DNA of 64,000 nucleotides, taken from positions 12,850 to 76,849 of the forward strand of contig DHGX01000001.1 in NCBI GenBank assembly GCA_002402995.1. Direction: 5' to 3'. Of the stretch, positions 40,426 through 50,052 are shown piece by piece; positions within the stretch are counted from its first letter, which is position 1; each line of letters starts with the position of its first letter. Origin of the DNA: Patescibacteria group bacterium UBA4787. Lineage in GTDB: Bacteria; Patescibacteriota; Patescibacteriia; UBA2591; UBA4787. Under the pieces are notes generated by a model. It saw only the letters and a program-made list of their open reading frames with translations, was not told the origin of the DNA and did not search any database. A program made the position numbers and the translations under genes.

Positions 40426-40680
40426 TTAATTATGATTAGTCAAATTAGTTAAACGATTAAAAAACTTCTGCCAAAAAGTATATTTCTTCTGACACTCCTT
40501 GGCATATTTCAAATTCAAATCTTTAAAATTCTCTTGGTATCTACTTAATATTTTTAATAATTTGCTCTTTTTTTCTTCGTCGAAAAAATGGAGGTTTTTT
40601 AATATACCTTCTTTTTCTTCGTTAGTTAGAAGAAAAGTATCCGTGACTAATAATTCTAAATTTAAATTGACATTGTCCAT
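40426..40680 (-). CDS. Hypothetical protein
   Basis: 84 aa ORF co-oriented downstream of the 823-aa gene. Confidence 0.55.
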   Translation of the reverse strand: MDNVNLNLELLVTDTFLLTNEEKEGILKNLHFFDEEKKSKLLKILSRYQENFKDLNLKYAKECQKKYTFWQKFFNRLTNLTNHN

Positions 40681-40692
40681 TTTGTTGTTTAA

Positions 40693-43164
40693 TTACTTGT
40701 TAATAATTTTTCTGAGTTTGGCGATATCCTTTTGCAAATTAGAGGTATCTACTCCCTTTTTTCTTAAAACCTTCTCAACAATAACCAGTGATTTAAGATA
40801 TTTCTGCTGATTCTCCGGCGACCAAGATTTTATTTTCGCTTCCCATCTCACCGGATCTTCAAAAAGCGAATTGATAAGAGAAACGAAAAATTCTGACGGG
40901 TTTGAAAACGGATGACCCTCAGCAGCTGGATCATCGAAAAATTTATTTTCTGAAATTAAAAATAAAAAATGGTCTTTAAAAATTTTATCTCTTTCGTCGT
41001 CGGACAAATCTTTATTTTCCAAAACTTTTTCTAATAACCTCGACAGGTCTTCGCTTTCTTGCTTAAACAACAACGCAAAAGCACCGTGCTCAGAACAATA
41101 ATGGTCGTCCGGGTTTGTCGTATTTGGTCCCAGACTCCAATCAAGCTTGTGCAGAGCCTCATGACGACCAACTAAACGATAAATAACTTTAGCGCCACGC
41201 AATGCTCGACCCTCTACCACCAAAGACCTGACTGTTAAAAATATTGATCTCTCATTTTTGGCGCCGTTGAAATAGGCGTTATCGACATCTATGTCGCCAC
41301 CTACATAAAAACTTCTAATGTTCCAATTATGATTAAAATATTCTTCTAGTTGGGTGATGCCATATGCCGTTTCTTCCAATGCTTTCATATATTGTTCTCT
41401 GCCTATACTCTGAAAGGTTTGCAAGGTATCTATGTCAGTAACATAAAAATTCAAATTATAGGCCTCCTTGTTTGCCTTATTCTCGACGGAAATATTGCCC
41501 ATATAAAATGCCGGCATTTGCTCAAACGAAAGCTTGCCCGCTATTTTCCCTTTCTCGTTTTTTATAACTAAATCAACAATCTGATCTTGTGAAACTGCGT
41601 CAACCGAACCACCGACATTATGATCTTGCCCAAGCTCAAATTTCTGAACATTTTTTTGACCTGAATCGTTATATGATGACTGGAGGCGACTATTTATTTC
41701 TACGCTGTATCCCCTGGGTAAAGAAAATTTTAAACCATACAGCTTGCCGTCAATTTTGATGGGTTGTTTTAATTGATTAACCCCTAGGTCTAAATTAAAA
41801 TTATAATAAATACCGCCCGACAAGACACAAATTCCTAAATTTATGTTTTGAATCAAATTTGCGCCTTTTTCTAAATTTCCTCTTTCTCCTTCGGTTAAAA
41901 GATCGTATTTTTTCTGGTCAACTGATATCTTACAATCATTCGCCAAAACAGCCACATTATTTAAATTTTCTATATTTTTATCATTTTTAATCTGCGCAAC
42001 AATCTGGTTAAGAATATAAGTATTTATTTGTTCGGGAGTACAATCCTTATAGTCTTCAAATTTTTGGGGATCGAAGGGAACCCTAATTTGCGCTTTAATC
42101 GTTTTATTTTTCAAATCGAGAATAGTGAAGGTCAAAATAACATTTGGCGCTTTATCATTCATACACGGATTGGAAATAATCACATAACGATTGTTATAGG
42201 GCTTTCGGGTTAAAGTCTCGGGGAGTAATTGACTCTGCGTAAATTTATTAGATAGATATTCATTTTTTCTGGACTCGCTCCACCACTCCCAATAAGCTGT
42301 AAAATAATTATTTTGTTCGTAAAATTTTTCTAGTTCATTCAGTTTGGCAATTATCCTCGGATCGTCAGAATAGTCGTTAGTATTCTCCATGCCTCTTAGA
42401 AAGACGGCGTTTTCGTTCCATTCTGAATCACTAGTATATTGGAATATTTCCAACAAGTCTCTAACAGAAAAATATAAATAACTGCTGTTCAATTTATCAT
42501 TTTTTTCGACGGGAAACTCTTTAACTAGTCCCGCCTCTATCTTAGAATCTAAAGATGGGGTTTTAATCTTTGACTCCATCTGCGATTCTGGAGTTTGTTT
42601 TGTTTCAGGCTCTTTTTGTCCGACTTCCTGGGCAAATAATTTTTGGGATTTGATTGCCGAAGTCGTAGACAACATTAAAAATAGAGTCGCTAAGCGCAAA
42701 AATCTATTTCCGGCGATCTGATTAAAAATAATATTGCGCTTTTGGGTTGATTCTATCACCGGAACTTCGTTTACCGGCAAAACTTCGTGAGGCGACGTAT
42801 TAACTTGCGCCACTAAATTTTTTGCCGAGGATTGAGCCAATGTGACCACATCTTCTTTCTTGACAATGAAACTTTCTTCCGATAATTTCTGACGGCCGAG
42901 CTTGGTTAATTCGGTAAGTTCGTTTTTATATTTATCTAAAATTTTTCTTTGTTCCAATTTCATATCCAATTCTGTCGCGGCGAAAATCTCAACTAATTTC
43001 AATCTCGTTTCCGAGTCTAGATCGGGATCTCTCGTTACCGCGTCAAAAATATTGTCCGCTATTCTTACAAGCGCTTCAAGGTGTTCAAAATTCTGTTGAT
43101 CTTTCTCCGGTTGCTCCGGCGAAGACTCAACAAAAGATTTTAATTCTATTTCTTTATTCATCAC
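40693..43164 (-). CDS. Large protein with C-terminal HExxH zinc metallopeptidase domain
   Basis: HEALH followed by HPFSNPSEFF; internal hydrophobic segment near aa 155-180. Confidence 0.65.
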   Translation of the reverse strand: MMNKEIELKSFVESSPEQPEKDQQNFEHLEALVRIADNIFDAVTRDPDLDSETRLKLVEIFAATELDMKLEQRKILDKYKNELTELTKLGRQKLSEESFIVKKEDVVTLAQSSAKNLVAQVNTSPHEVLPVNEVPVIESTQKRNIIFNQIAGNRFLRLATLFLMLSTTSAIKSQKLFAQEVGQKEPETKQTPESQMESKIKTPSLDSKIEAGLVKEFPVEKNDKLNSSYLYFSVRDLLEIFQYTSDSEWNENAVFLRGMENTNDYSDDPRIIAKLNELEKFYEQNNYFTAYWEWWSESRKNEYLSNKFTQSQLLPETLTRKPYNNRYVIISNPCMNDKAPNVILTFTILDLKNKTIKAQIRVPFDPQKFEDYKDCTPEQINTYILNQIVAQIKNDKNIENLNNVAVLANDCKISVDQKKYDLLTEGERGNLEKGANLIQNINLGICVLSGGIYYNFNLDLGVNQLKQPIKIDGKLYGLKFSLPRGYSVEINSRLQSSYNDSGQKNVQKFELGQDHNVGGSVDAVSQDQIVDLVIKNEKGKIAGKLSFEQMPAFYMGNISVENKANKEAYNLNFYVTDIDTLQTFQSIGREQYMKALEETAYGITQLEEYFNHNWNIRSFYVGGDIDVDNAYFNGAKNERSIFLTVRSLVVEGRALRGAKVIYRLVGRHEALHKLDWSLGPNTTNPDDHYCSEHGAFALLFKQESEDLSRLLEKVLENKDLSDDERDKIFKDHFLFLISENKFFDDPAAEGHPFSNPSEFFVSLINSLFEDPVRWEAKIKSWSPENQQKYLKSLVIVEKVLRKKGVDTSNLQKDIAKLRKIINK

Positions 43165-43305
43165 AAATTATTAATTAAAACAAGAGAGAGACTGCCTAAA
43201 GATCCCTTCATAATGCCGAATATTTTTTCTGATTATATTTCCGGGTGCTTTCTGCTTTCATAGACTCACCCAATTATTAAACAAATTTGAAAAAGGCTGT
43301 AAAAA

Positions 43306-43380
<75 letters not shown>

Positions 43381-43723
43381 GTTTATCTATCATCATTATT
43401 TTACTCAATTAAAAGCAAATGTCAACCCCGTAATGGAAAAATATAAATAAAAACAGACACAAATTATTCTTTGTGTCCCTTTGTTTGGCGATGATTAACA
43501 CGGCTTTTCTCAAGTATATGAGACGAGCGCATTCGCCTGAGAGCGGAACAAGTCGGGAACAGTTGATGATATTTTTGAGCACACTCGATCGGCGCTAAAT
43601 TGTTGAGCAAGTTATAGTGTCCAACGACAATCAATTTATCTATTAGTCGTTATATTTGACGACTCTGTAGATATACTCATAACTTAGACTTGTCGATCAA
43701 TATACTATGTTTATCCTATCTAA

Positions 43724-43739
43724 TGTTCCATGTGGAACA
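43724..43739. promoter_or_regulatory. parS centromere-like site
   Basis: TGTTCCATGTGGAACA, one mismatch from palindromic TGTTCCACGTGGAACA. Confidence 0.7.
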
Positions 43740-44150
43740 AATCATCAACACCGACGTATATCCAATAATATTCATATCCTGTAGATCGACTATGATAAAT
43801 CCGGTATATAAGATCGTTAATAAGTCGTCACAAATACAACACCCAATACCGATGATCTATTATGAATGATTCTATAGTGATCACAAACATCAAAAAGATA
43901 CGCACAGATAATCCACATACGCACAATACTATTATATCATATCAAACAGAGCAGATAATATGTTATTATCGCTCCGGCGATTCTGATTGCTCATGCCACT
44001 AATGGTGGCTAATACATTATCAAAATAACAATATATCGGAGTATTGTGAATATGGCACGTAAGTAGAATATGATGTGCGTCGCACATTATAATAATCAAA
44101 ATAATATAATACAAAACGAGCGAAGTTTATTCGCTCGTTATTATTATTTC

Positions 44151-44324
44151 TCATCCCTTTAAATATTCGCGTGTATATTTATTTTCAATAATCGCGCGCG
44201 TGCCGATCTCCACCCATTGATAAAGCTCCTTTGCCTCCTCATAAAGCATTCTTACGCAACCCATTGAAACCGGATAACCTGGTAAATCACCGACATGAAG
44301 ATAGAAACCCTGGTAAAAATTCAT
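44151..44324 (-). pseudogene. L,D-transpeptidase (YkuD) C-terminal fragment
   Basis: MNFYQGFYLHVGDLPGYPVSMGCVRMLYEEAKELYQWVEIGT; N-terminal half missing; family-2 repeat directly upstream. Confidence 0.7.
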
Positions 44325-44334
44325 GTAGTAATTT

Positions 44335-44417
44335 TTATAATTAGTGAACGGAGGAACAAATAAAAAAAATTTTATTTGATTCCGTAGCGAGCCAACTTCA
44401 CGAGCGAGACAAGTATA
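44335..44417 (-). repeat. Family-2 repeat, copy B (no insert)
   Basis: rc TATACTTGTCTCGCTCGTGAAGTTGG...GGAATCAAATAAAA...TTTTATTTG...AATTATAA. Confidence 0.65.
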
Positions 44418-44490
44418 GTTTCCATGTGATGGGCTCTTGACTTTTGTTCAATTTCTGCTTAAATTTTGACAGCTCATTAAAAAAATAAAA

Positions 44491-44577
44491 ATAAAGGATA
44501 TTAAACCCTATGTTATCCGCGCTCGCTCGGAAAATGAAAATGAAATTTTCTTTTCACTCGCTCACTTGATAATAAAT
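44491..44577 (+). repeat. Family-1 repeat, copy f (in ftsH leader)
   Basis: ATAAAGGATATTAAACCCTATGTTATCCGCGCTCGCTCGG...CTTGATAATAAA. Confidence 0.9.
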
Positions 44578-44596
44578 CAAAAAGGAGGAATCAACA

Positions 44597-46375
44597 ATGA
44601 ACCGGAAGATGAATTTCGTCGTCATTCTTTTGGCGACCTTGTTCGCCATTTTCCTTATCAACGGGGCACTTTCCCGACCAAAAGTCGTAACGCTGGATTA
44701 CACAGACTTCTTAGGCAAGGTTAATCAAGGGCTGGTGACCGAAATTACCATCAATAACAACAACTCCGTAGAAGGCAAGTTCACCGACCAAATAAAATTC
44801 AAAACTACCATACCGGTTAATGATCCTGATTTGATGCCACTCCTTAAACAGAAAGGCGTTAAAATCACCATCAAGGGGTCGGGCGGATTATCTATCTTCA
44901 GTTTCCTGCCTTTAATATTCATGCTGACCATAATGTTTTTCCTCTTCAAAAGGATGAATCCAGGAAATCAAATGAAGGGTTTCACTAAAAACGCCACGAA
45001 AGTGCTGAACAAAGAAGAGATCACTACGACTTTCGCAGACGTGGCTGGCATGGATGAAGCTAAGTTTGAGCTTCAGGAGATCGTTGAGTTCCTTAAAAGT
45101 CCGGACAAATTCGCTAAATTAGGAGCCAAAATGCCTAAAGGCGGTTTAATGACCGGACCAGCTGGTTGCGGTAAAACGCTTTTAGCCAAAGCCATTGCCG
45201 GCGAAGCCAAGGTGAAATTTTTCACTACTTCCGGATCGTCTTTTGTGGAAATGTTTGTCGGCGTCGGCGCGGCTCGCGTACGCGACTTGTTCGATGAAGC
45301 GAAAACGAACGCGCCCTGTATTATCTTTATCGACGAACTAGACGCTATCGGCCGCCATCGCGGAGCCGGAATCGGCGGAGGACACGACGAAAGAGAACAA
45401 ACTCTAAATCAAATCCTCGTCTGTATGGACGGCTTTGACAGTAGCTCCGGTGTAGTGATTATCGCGGCCACCAATCGTCCAGATATCCTGGATCCTGCTC
45501 TTATCAGGCCAGGTAGATTCGATCGACAAATCGTTGTGTCAATACCAGATATTAAAGGACGCGAAGCCATTCTTAAAGTCCACGTCAAAAAAGTTCCTTT
45601 GTCCGAAGACGTAAATTTGACTAAGGTCGCCAAACTGACTCCATATTTCTCTGGTGCTGACCTGGCTAACCTCGTTAACGAAGCAACGATTTTAGCAGCA
45701 CGCGAGGGCGCGGAAAAAGTCACCATGAAACATTTCTCAGGAGCCCGCGACAAAATCATCTTAGGTTTGAGCCGACCAATTGCCCTCGACAACAAGGAAA
45801 AAGAGCTCATAGCCTACCACGAAGCAGGACACGCCATCGTCGCGACATTTACTAAGGATGCTGATCCAGTAGAAAAAATCAGCATCATTCCGCGCGGTCA
45901 CGCTCTGGGTATAACCCAACAATTACCAGAAAGGGAAAGAATCTGTCCCGCAAAATCATATTTGATGGGACAACTGTCAATCCTATTGGGTGGCCGTCTC
46001 GCCGAAGAAATGAAGTATGGCAAAGACGAGGTAACTGTTGGCGCTGGCAATGACTTGGAACGAGTAACCAATCTGGCGCAGCGAATGATCTGCGAATTCG
46101 CCATGGGCAAGATCGATTTCCGGACTTTCGGCGAAACCAAAGGCGAGATCTTTTTGGGAAAACGCCGTGAGACAGAACGCAATTATTCCGAAACCACGGC
46201 CCAACTAATCGACAAGGAAATCGAGGACCTTATCACTACAGCCAGGAATAACGCGAAGAAAATTCTCAAAGGGCGCCAGATACAACTAGACCAACTGGCT
46301 GCAGCACTTCTGGAAAAAGAAACCTTGGAAGCCGAGGAGATCAACCAGATCCTGACCTTCGAACAGAATTTGTAA
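44597..46375 (+). CDS. ftsH: ATP-dependent Zn metalloprotease FtsH (second paralog)
   Basis: 2 [35 protein letters not shown] and HEAGH. Confidence 0.95.
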   Translation: MNRKMNFVVILLATLFAIFLINGALSRPKVVTLDYTDFLGKVNQGLVTEITINNNNSVEGKFTDQIKFKTTIPVNDPDLMPLLKQKGVKITIKGSGGLSIFSFLPLIFMLTIMFFLFKRMNPGNQMKGFTKNATKVLNKEEITTTFADVAGMDEAKFELQEIVEFLKSPDKFAKLGAKMPKGGLMTGPAGCGKTLLAKAIAGEAKVKFFTTSGSSFVEMFVGVGAARVRDLFDEAKTNAPCIIFIDELDAIGRHRGAGIGGGHDEREQTLNQILVCMDGFDSSSGVVIIAATNRPDILDPALIRPGRFDRQIVVSIPDIKGREAILKVHVKKVPLSEDVNLTKVAKLTPYFSGADLANLVNEATILAAREGAEKVTMKHFSGARDKIILGLSRPIALDNKEKELIAYHEAGHAIVATFTKDADPVEKISIIPRGHALGITQQLPERERICPAKSYLMGQLSILLGGRLAEEMKYGKDEVTVGAGNDLERVTNLAQRMICEFAMGKIDFRTFGETKGEIFLGKRRETERNYSETTAQLIDKEIEDLITTARNNAKKILKGRQIQLDQLAAALLEKETLEAEEINQILTFEQNL

Positions 46376-46387
46376 TTCTAAATTTAT

Positions 46388-46420
46388 AAAAACCGCTCTA
46401 AAAAATCAGAGCGGTTTTTC
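46388..46420. terminator. Bidirectional intrinsic terminator
   Basis: AAAACCGCTCT...AGAGCGGTTTTT. Confidence 0.8.
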
Positions 46421-46439
46421 ATTTTTGATTATAATTATG

Positions 46440-47243
46440 TTATTCGCCAAATATAATCATCGCCTTGCGACCAGCTAAAATATCATATTCATTTTCGTGG
46501 ATGTTAAGTTCGTCATTCCAATCATGAATTGCATTAAATAAATTTTGATAAGTATAGCTAAAATTTTGCCCGTGCTTCGTGCCAGGATCATTGGTGATAA
46601 ATCCCTTGTCGTCATAGCCGCGAATTACCAACATATGATAATAAGGTCCTGGTTGTTTGAAATAAGGATTTTTTAGATAACGGCCGGCTGACGGCACCAC
46701 AACCACATGACCAAGGGATAATTCTTTTTTAATGTCATCGATACTTATGTCGTATTTTACTGAAATTTCTTCAAAAGAAAAATATTTTTTGACCAGCTCT
46801 GCGGTTTTAGCCACCGACAGATCATAATGACCGCCGAAATTATCATTTTGCCAATGCACCATTTTAAGAATTTGATCGTCGGCTACATATCTGTCTAACC
46901 TTTTATTTTGTAAATAATAAATAGCCATTAAAACCGAGGCTTCTTCGCAAGCTTCGCTATGCAATTTATCCCAATTAGCGAACGGCGCCTGGGGGGTAAA
47001 AGGAATCTCTAAATTAACTGATTCTTTGATAGAAATAGAATTTTCGGCACCCTCTGTGTCTTGTGGAATAGAAATAGGGGCGGATGCCTGCGGCGCAGAA
47101 GAGATTTCCGGACTAATCAAATTTTCAATTTTAACAAGATCTTTAATGGCTGGACGTTTTTTAAAAACAAAAAAAATAGCGCTGATAGAAAATATTACCA
47201 AGAATATCAGTACCCCGATATAAAAATATTTTTTGTGAGACAT
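46440..47243 (-). CDS. Membrane-anchored C39-like peptidase
   Basis: PFTPQAP...ACEEAS, HMLVIRGYD and NDPG. Confidence 0.8.
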   Translation of the reverse strand: MSHKKYFYIGVLIFLVIFSISAIFFVFKKRPAIKDLVKIENLISPEISSAPQASAPISIPQDTEGAENSISIKESVNLEIPFTPQAPFANWDKLHSEACEEASVLMAIYYLQNKRLDRYVADDQILKMVHWQNDNFGGHYDLSVAKTAELVKKYFSFEEISVKYDISIDDIKKELSLGHVVVVPSAGRYLKNPYFKQPGPYYHMLVIRGYDDKGFITNDPGTKHGQNFSYTYQNLFNAIHDWNDELNIHENEYDILAGRKAMIIFGE

Positions 47244-47381
47244 TATAATAACTACTATTATAAAAATTAATTTCGCACTTAAGTCAAAGGGTTATTTGAT
47301 TCTATCTCGCGGCGAGACAACCTTCAACAAAATTTATTCCGATTAAATAATATCGCAGAAACTTTCTTTGATTAAATTAAT

Positions 47382-47846
47382 TTAATAGAGATGGGTTTTG
47401 TCTTTTGACCATTCTTGTAAAAGCGTCAAGCAGGCCGATCGTTCAAAATTATCTTTTATTTTAACTTTCGACTTGCCCATTCTCTTCATTTTAAAATTAC
47501 TAATCGTCAATTCATTAAAACCCAAAGCTTTTACGTCTCTAATGTCTGTGCCGTAATAAACTCTATCTATTCGCGCCCAGTGAATTGCCGAAAAACACAT
47601 CGGGCAAGGTTCAGTGGTAGAATAAATTTCGCAACCATTGAGTTCCCATGTTTTTAATTTCTTAGAAGCGAGGCGAATAGCGTTAATCTCCGCATGACAA
47701 GTTGCATTCTTGCTTTTTAAAACCGTGTTGTGAGCCGTAGCTATAATTTTATTATTTTTAACAATGCAGGCGCCGAACGGACCGCCTTCTTTTTTTCTAA
47801 TGCCCTGCCGCGCGCTTTTAAGCGCTAGTCCCATAAATTTATTCAT
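47382..47846 (-). CDS. Nucleoside/guanine deaminase (CDA fold)
   Basis: GGPFGA, HAEINAIR and EPCPMCFSAIHWARI. Confidence 0.88.
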   Translation of the reverse strand: MNKFMGLALKSARQGIRKKEGGPFGACIVKNNKIIATAHNTVLKSKNATCHAEINAIRLASKKLKTWELNGCEIYSTTEPCPMCFSAIHWARIDRVYYGTDIRDVKALGFNELTISNFKMKRMGKSKVKIKDNFERSACLTLLQEWSKDKTHLY

Positions 47847-47857
47847 AAATTATTTTG

Positions 47858-48062
47858 TTTTATTATCAAGCGAGCGAGGGAAACGAGAAACGAAGTTTTT
47901 CATTTCCGACCACGCCCGACTTCGCCTTGAGTGATTTTTAAAAACAGTCTTTCTAAACTAATATTTGCGGGGGGGGTTCGGTACTTCGCTATTACTGCGC
48001 GGAACGGCGAACTCAAGGCGGGCGGGGCGAGAGCAGATAACACAGGGTTTAATGCCCTTTAT
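47858..48062 (-). repeat. Family-1 repeat, copy g, with about 115-bp nested insert
   Basis: rc ATAAAGGGCATTAAACCCTGTGTTATC...[CGCCTTGAGT...ACTCAAGGCG]...CTCGCTCGCTTGATAATAAA. Confidence 0.85.
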
Positions 48063-48750
48063 TTAATGCCCAGAGAAATCCCATTTTTTTGTCAAAATGC
48101 GATGGGAAAATCTCTGTACTAAACTTATTTTTCCGTAATTTGCTTTCGATGATTTTAAAATCTTTATTCTTACTGCTGATATGATATTCCATAATTATAG
48201 CTTGAATTTTTAAAAAGTCATTAAAATTCAAACTTTCAAAAATTTTATATTCCGCGCCCTCTATGTCCATTTTTAACAAAGAAATTCGGCTAATTTGATG
48301 TTGAGCTAAAAAATCAGTTAGACTGAAAACCTTAACACGTTGAACGGTGACAAAAGAATCATCTAAAAAATCGTCTACTAAATGATGATTGTGGTTATCG
48401 CTGGAAATAATTAAATTACCTTCGCCAGTTTTATCGCTCAAGGCCGCGGATACAATTTCAATATTCTTAAGATTATTTTCCTTGATATTCTGTTTTAAAA
48501 TCTTTAGATTATCTGCTTCCGGTTCAACGGCATAAATTTTGGCCTGTTTATTTAAAGACCTGCAATATAAACTGAAGAGCCCAATATGACTGCCCACATC
48601 CAATATTGAATTCTCGGCGCTAACAATCTGTTCTTCGGCCCTACGATATTCTTTAAATTTAAAAATTTCGTTAAAAACGCTTCGGTCAACTTGATCACGT
48701 AAATAAACTTGCCAAGAATGATTATTAAATTTGAGAGAAATCTTTTCCAT
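48049..48750 (-). CDS. FkbM-family methyltransferase
   Basis: LDVGSHIG, AVEP, LLKMDIEGAE and MEYH. Confidence 0.9.
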   Translation of the reverse strand: MEKISLKFNNHSWQVYLRDQVDRSVFNEIFKFKEYRRAEEQIVSAENSILDVGSHIGLFSLYCRSLNKQAKIYAVEPEADNLKILKQNIKENNLKNIEIVSAALSDKTGEGNLIISSDNHNHHLVDDFLDDSFVTVQRVKVFSLTDFLAQHQISRISLLKMDIEGAEYKIFESLNFNDFLKIQAIIMEYHISSKNKDFKIIESKLRKNKFSTEIFPSHFDKKMGFLWALNKGH

Positions 48751-48808
48751 CTGTATATCGTAGCAAAAATTTTAAGATTAAAAAAGCAGATAAATTTTTT
48801 ATCTGCTT

Positions 48809-49597
48809 TTATAAGTCTATCAACGATTGACACAAGTTGGGATTGCGAATCAGCCTGAAAAAACCGCGAGCATAAGAATCTTCGTCATCGCCCTGGCCCA
48901 ATTCTTTGAAATTCTTATAAGTAATTTGAACTTTTCCCGGGTACTGCCAATAAAAATCCAACTCCTTTTGCACCATGTTTCGTATAACGGGTTCCAATTT
49001 ATAGGGCAATCGCGCTTCTTCAACGGTTCTGACTGACGCACAACCGATGATATTAGCCTCCACTAATAGTTTAGACAAAATGATGGCTGCTAAGACCCGA
49101 TCGTCAATCGTTTCCTCGCCGATCATAGCCAAACTTGAACTGAGAAGTTTGTCTAAGCCAAACTTAACCGCCAAACCTTCGCTGAGGTCTTTGGAAGAAA
49201 GGGGGCGAAAACAATGAACAAGTTCGTGTATCAATACGTATTTCAGCCAAGTAAGAGCGGCCACTTTCACGATTTTTCCTGAGAATAAATCGATTTTTGA
49301 GAACAAATCGATTTTCTTGTTAAGACCCAAATAGGCTCGCTCCACATCTCTGGCCGGCAAAAAGATTTGACAGAGTCTATAGCCTTTACGCAGGGATGTA
49401 GGAAATGGGAGATAGTCAACATAGGCGTGCGGCCTCTTGGTCGTTTTTGAAATAAATAATGTGGAATACATAGGAATAGAAACATAACACTGATTGACTA
49501 AAATTTTCCTGCATCCGTCAGAAAGCTTTTTGAGCCAATTAGAAAATTCTTCCTGACGAAATAATGGTGGCAAGTCTTTATCCGGAGCCATTCTCAT
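48809..49597 (-). CDS. Hypothetical protein with HExxH motif (possible gluzincin)
   Basis: VLIHELVH...SEGLA; own promoter, AGGAGG SD and terminator. Confidence 0.55.
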   Translation of the reverse strand: MRMAPDKDLPPLFRQEEFSNWLKKLSDGCRKILVNQCYVSIPMYSTLFISKTTKRPHAYVDYLPFPTSLRKGYRLCQIFLPARDVERAYLGLNKKIDLFSKIDLFSGKIVKVAALTWLKYVLIHELVHCFRPLSSKDLSEGLAVKFGLDKLLSSSLAMIGEETIDDRVLAAIILSKLLVEANIIGCASVRTVEEARLPYKLEPVIRNMVQKELDFYWQYPGKVQITYKNFKELGQGDDEDSYARGFFRLIRNPNLCQSLIDL

Positions 49598-49815
49598 GGC
49601 TGTTCCTCCTATAATTTAAAATTTCAAAGAACGATTAATTCATTTCTTATTGTGAATTTAGCAGATTTTACAAAAAAGTCAAATCCATCAAAATCTTTTA
49701 AAATATGTTCGGCCGAAAAATACCAAATATTTTTCAAAAAGCGTTTGATGTTCCATTGAATTGAATAGATCAGCGAGAAACAAAAAACAGCGCGATAGTT
49801 TTGAATTCACACTGC

Positions 49816-50035
49816 TTAAAAAGATAACGCCATCAGGATAAAAGCGCCTAAAAATATAGGCAGAAAATACCAACAAATGGCATTATAAATTTTCTGGCTC
49901 ATTTTATCGTATTGCTTCTTTTTATCTAAATCTCGGAATACTGCCTTTAGCCGCCACGCAAGCGACATAAACGATACAGAATAGGCTGACGACAAAACAA
50001 AAAGCACTGGCACGAACTATAACAATGATCTTCAT
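49816..50035 (-). pseudogene. Small two-TM protein, apparently frameshifted near its start
   Basis: AAGGAGGG SD and ATG 50035 (MKIIVIV) are one base out of frame with the 49816-50013 ORF. Confidence 0.35.
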
Positions 50036-50052
50036 TTTCCCTCCTTATATAT

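Noticed and set aside
40298-40815. DGR template/variable repeat pair
   Set aside because: Differences are largely synonymous and not confined to adenines; no reverse transcriptase nearby
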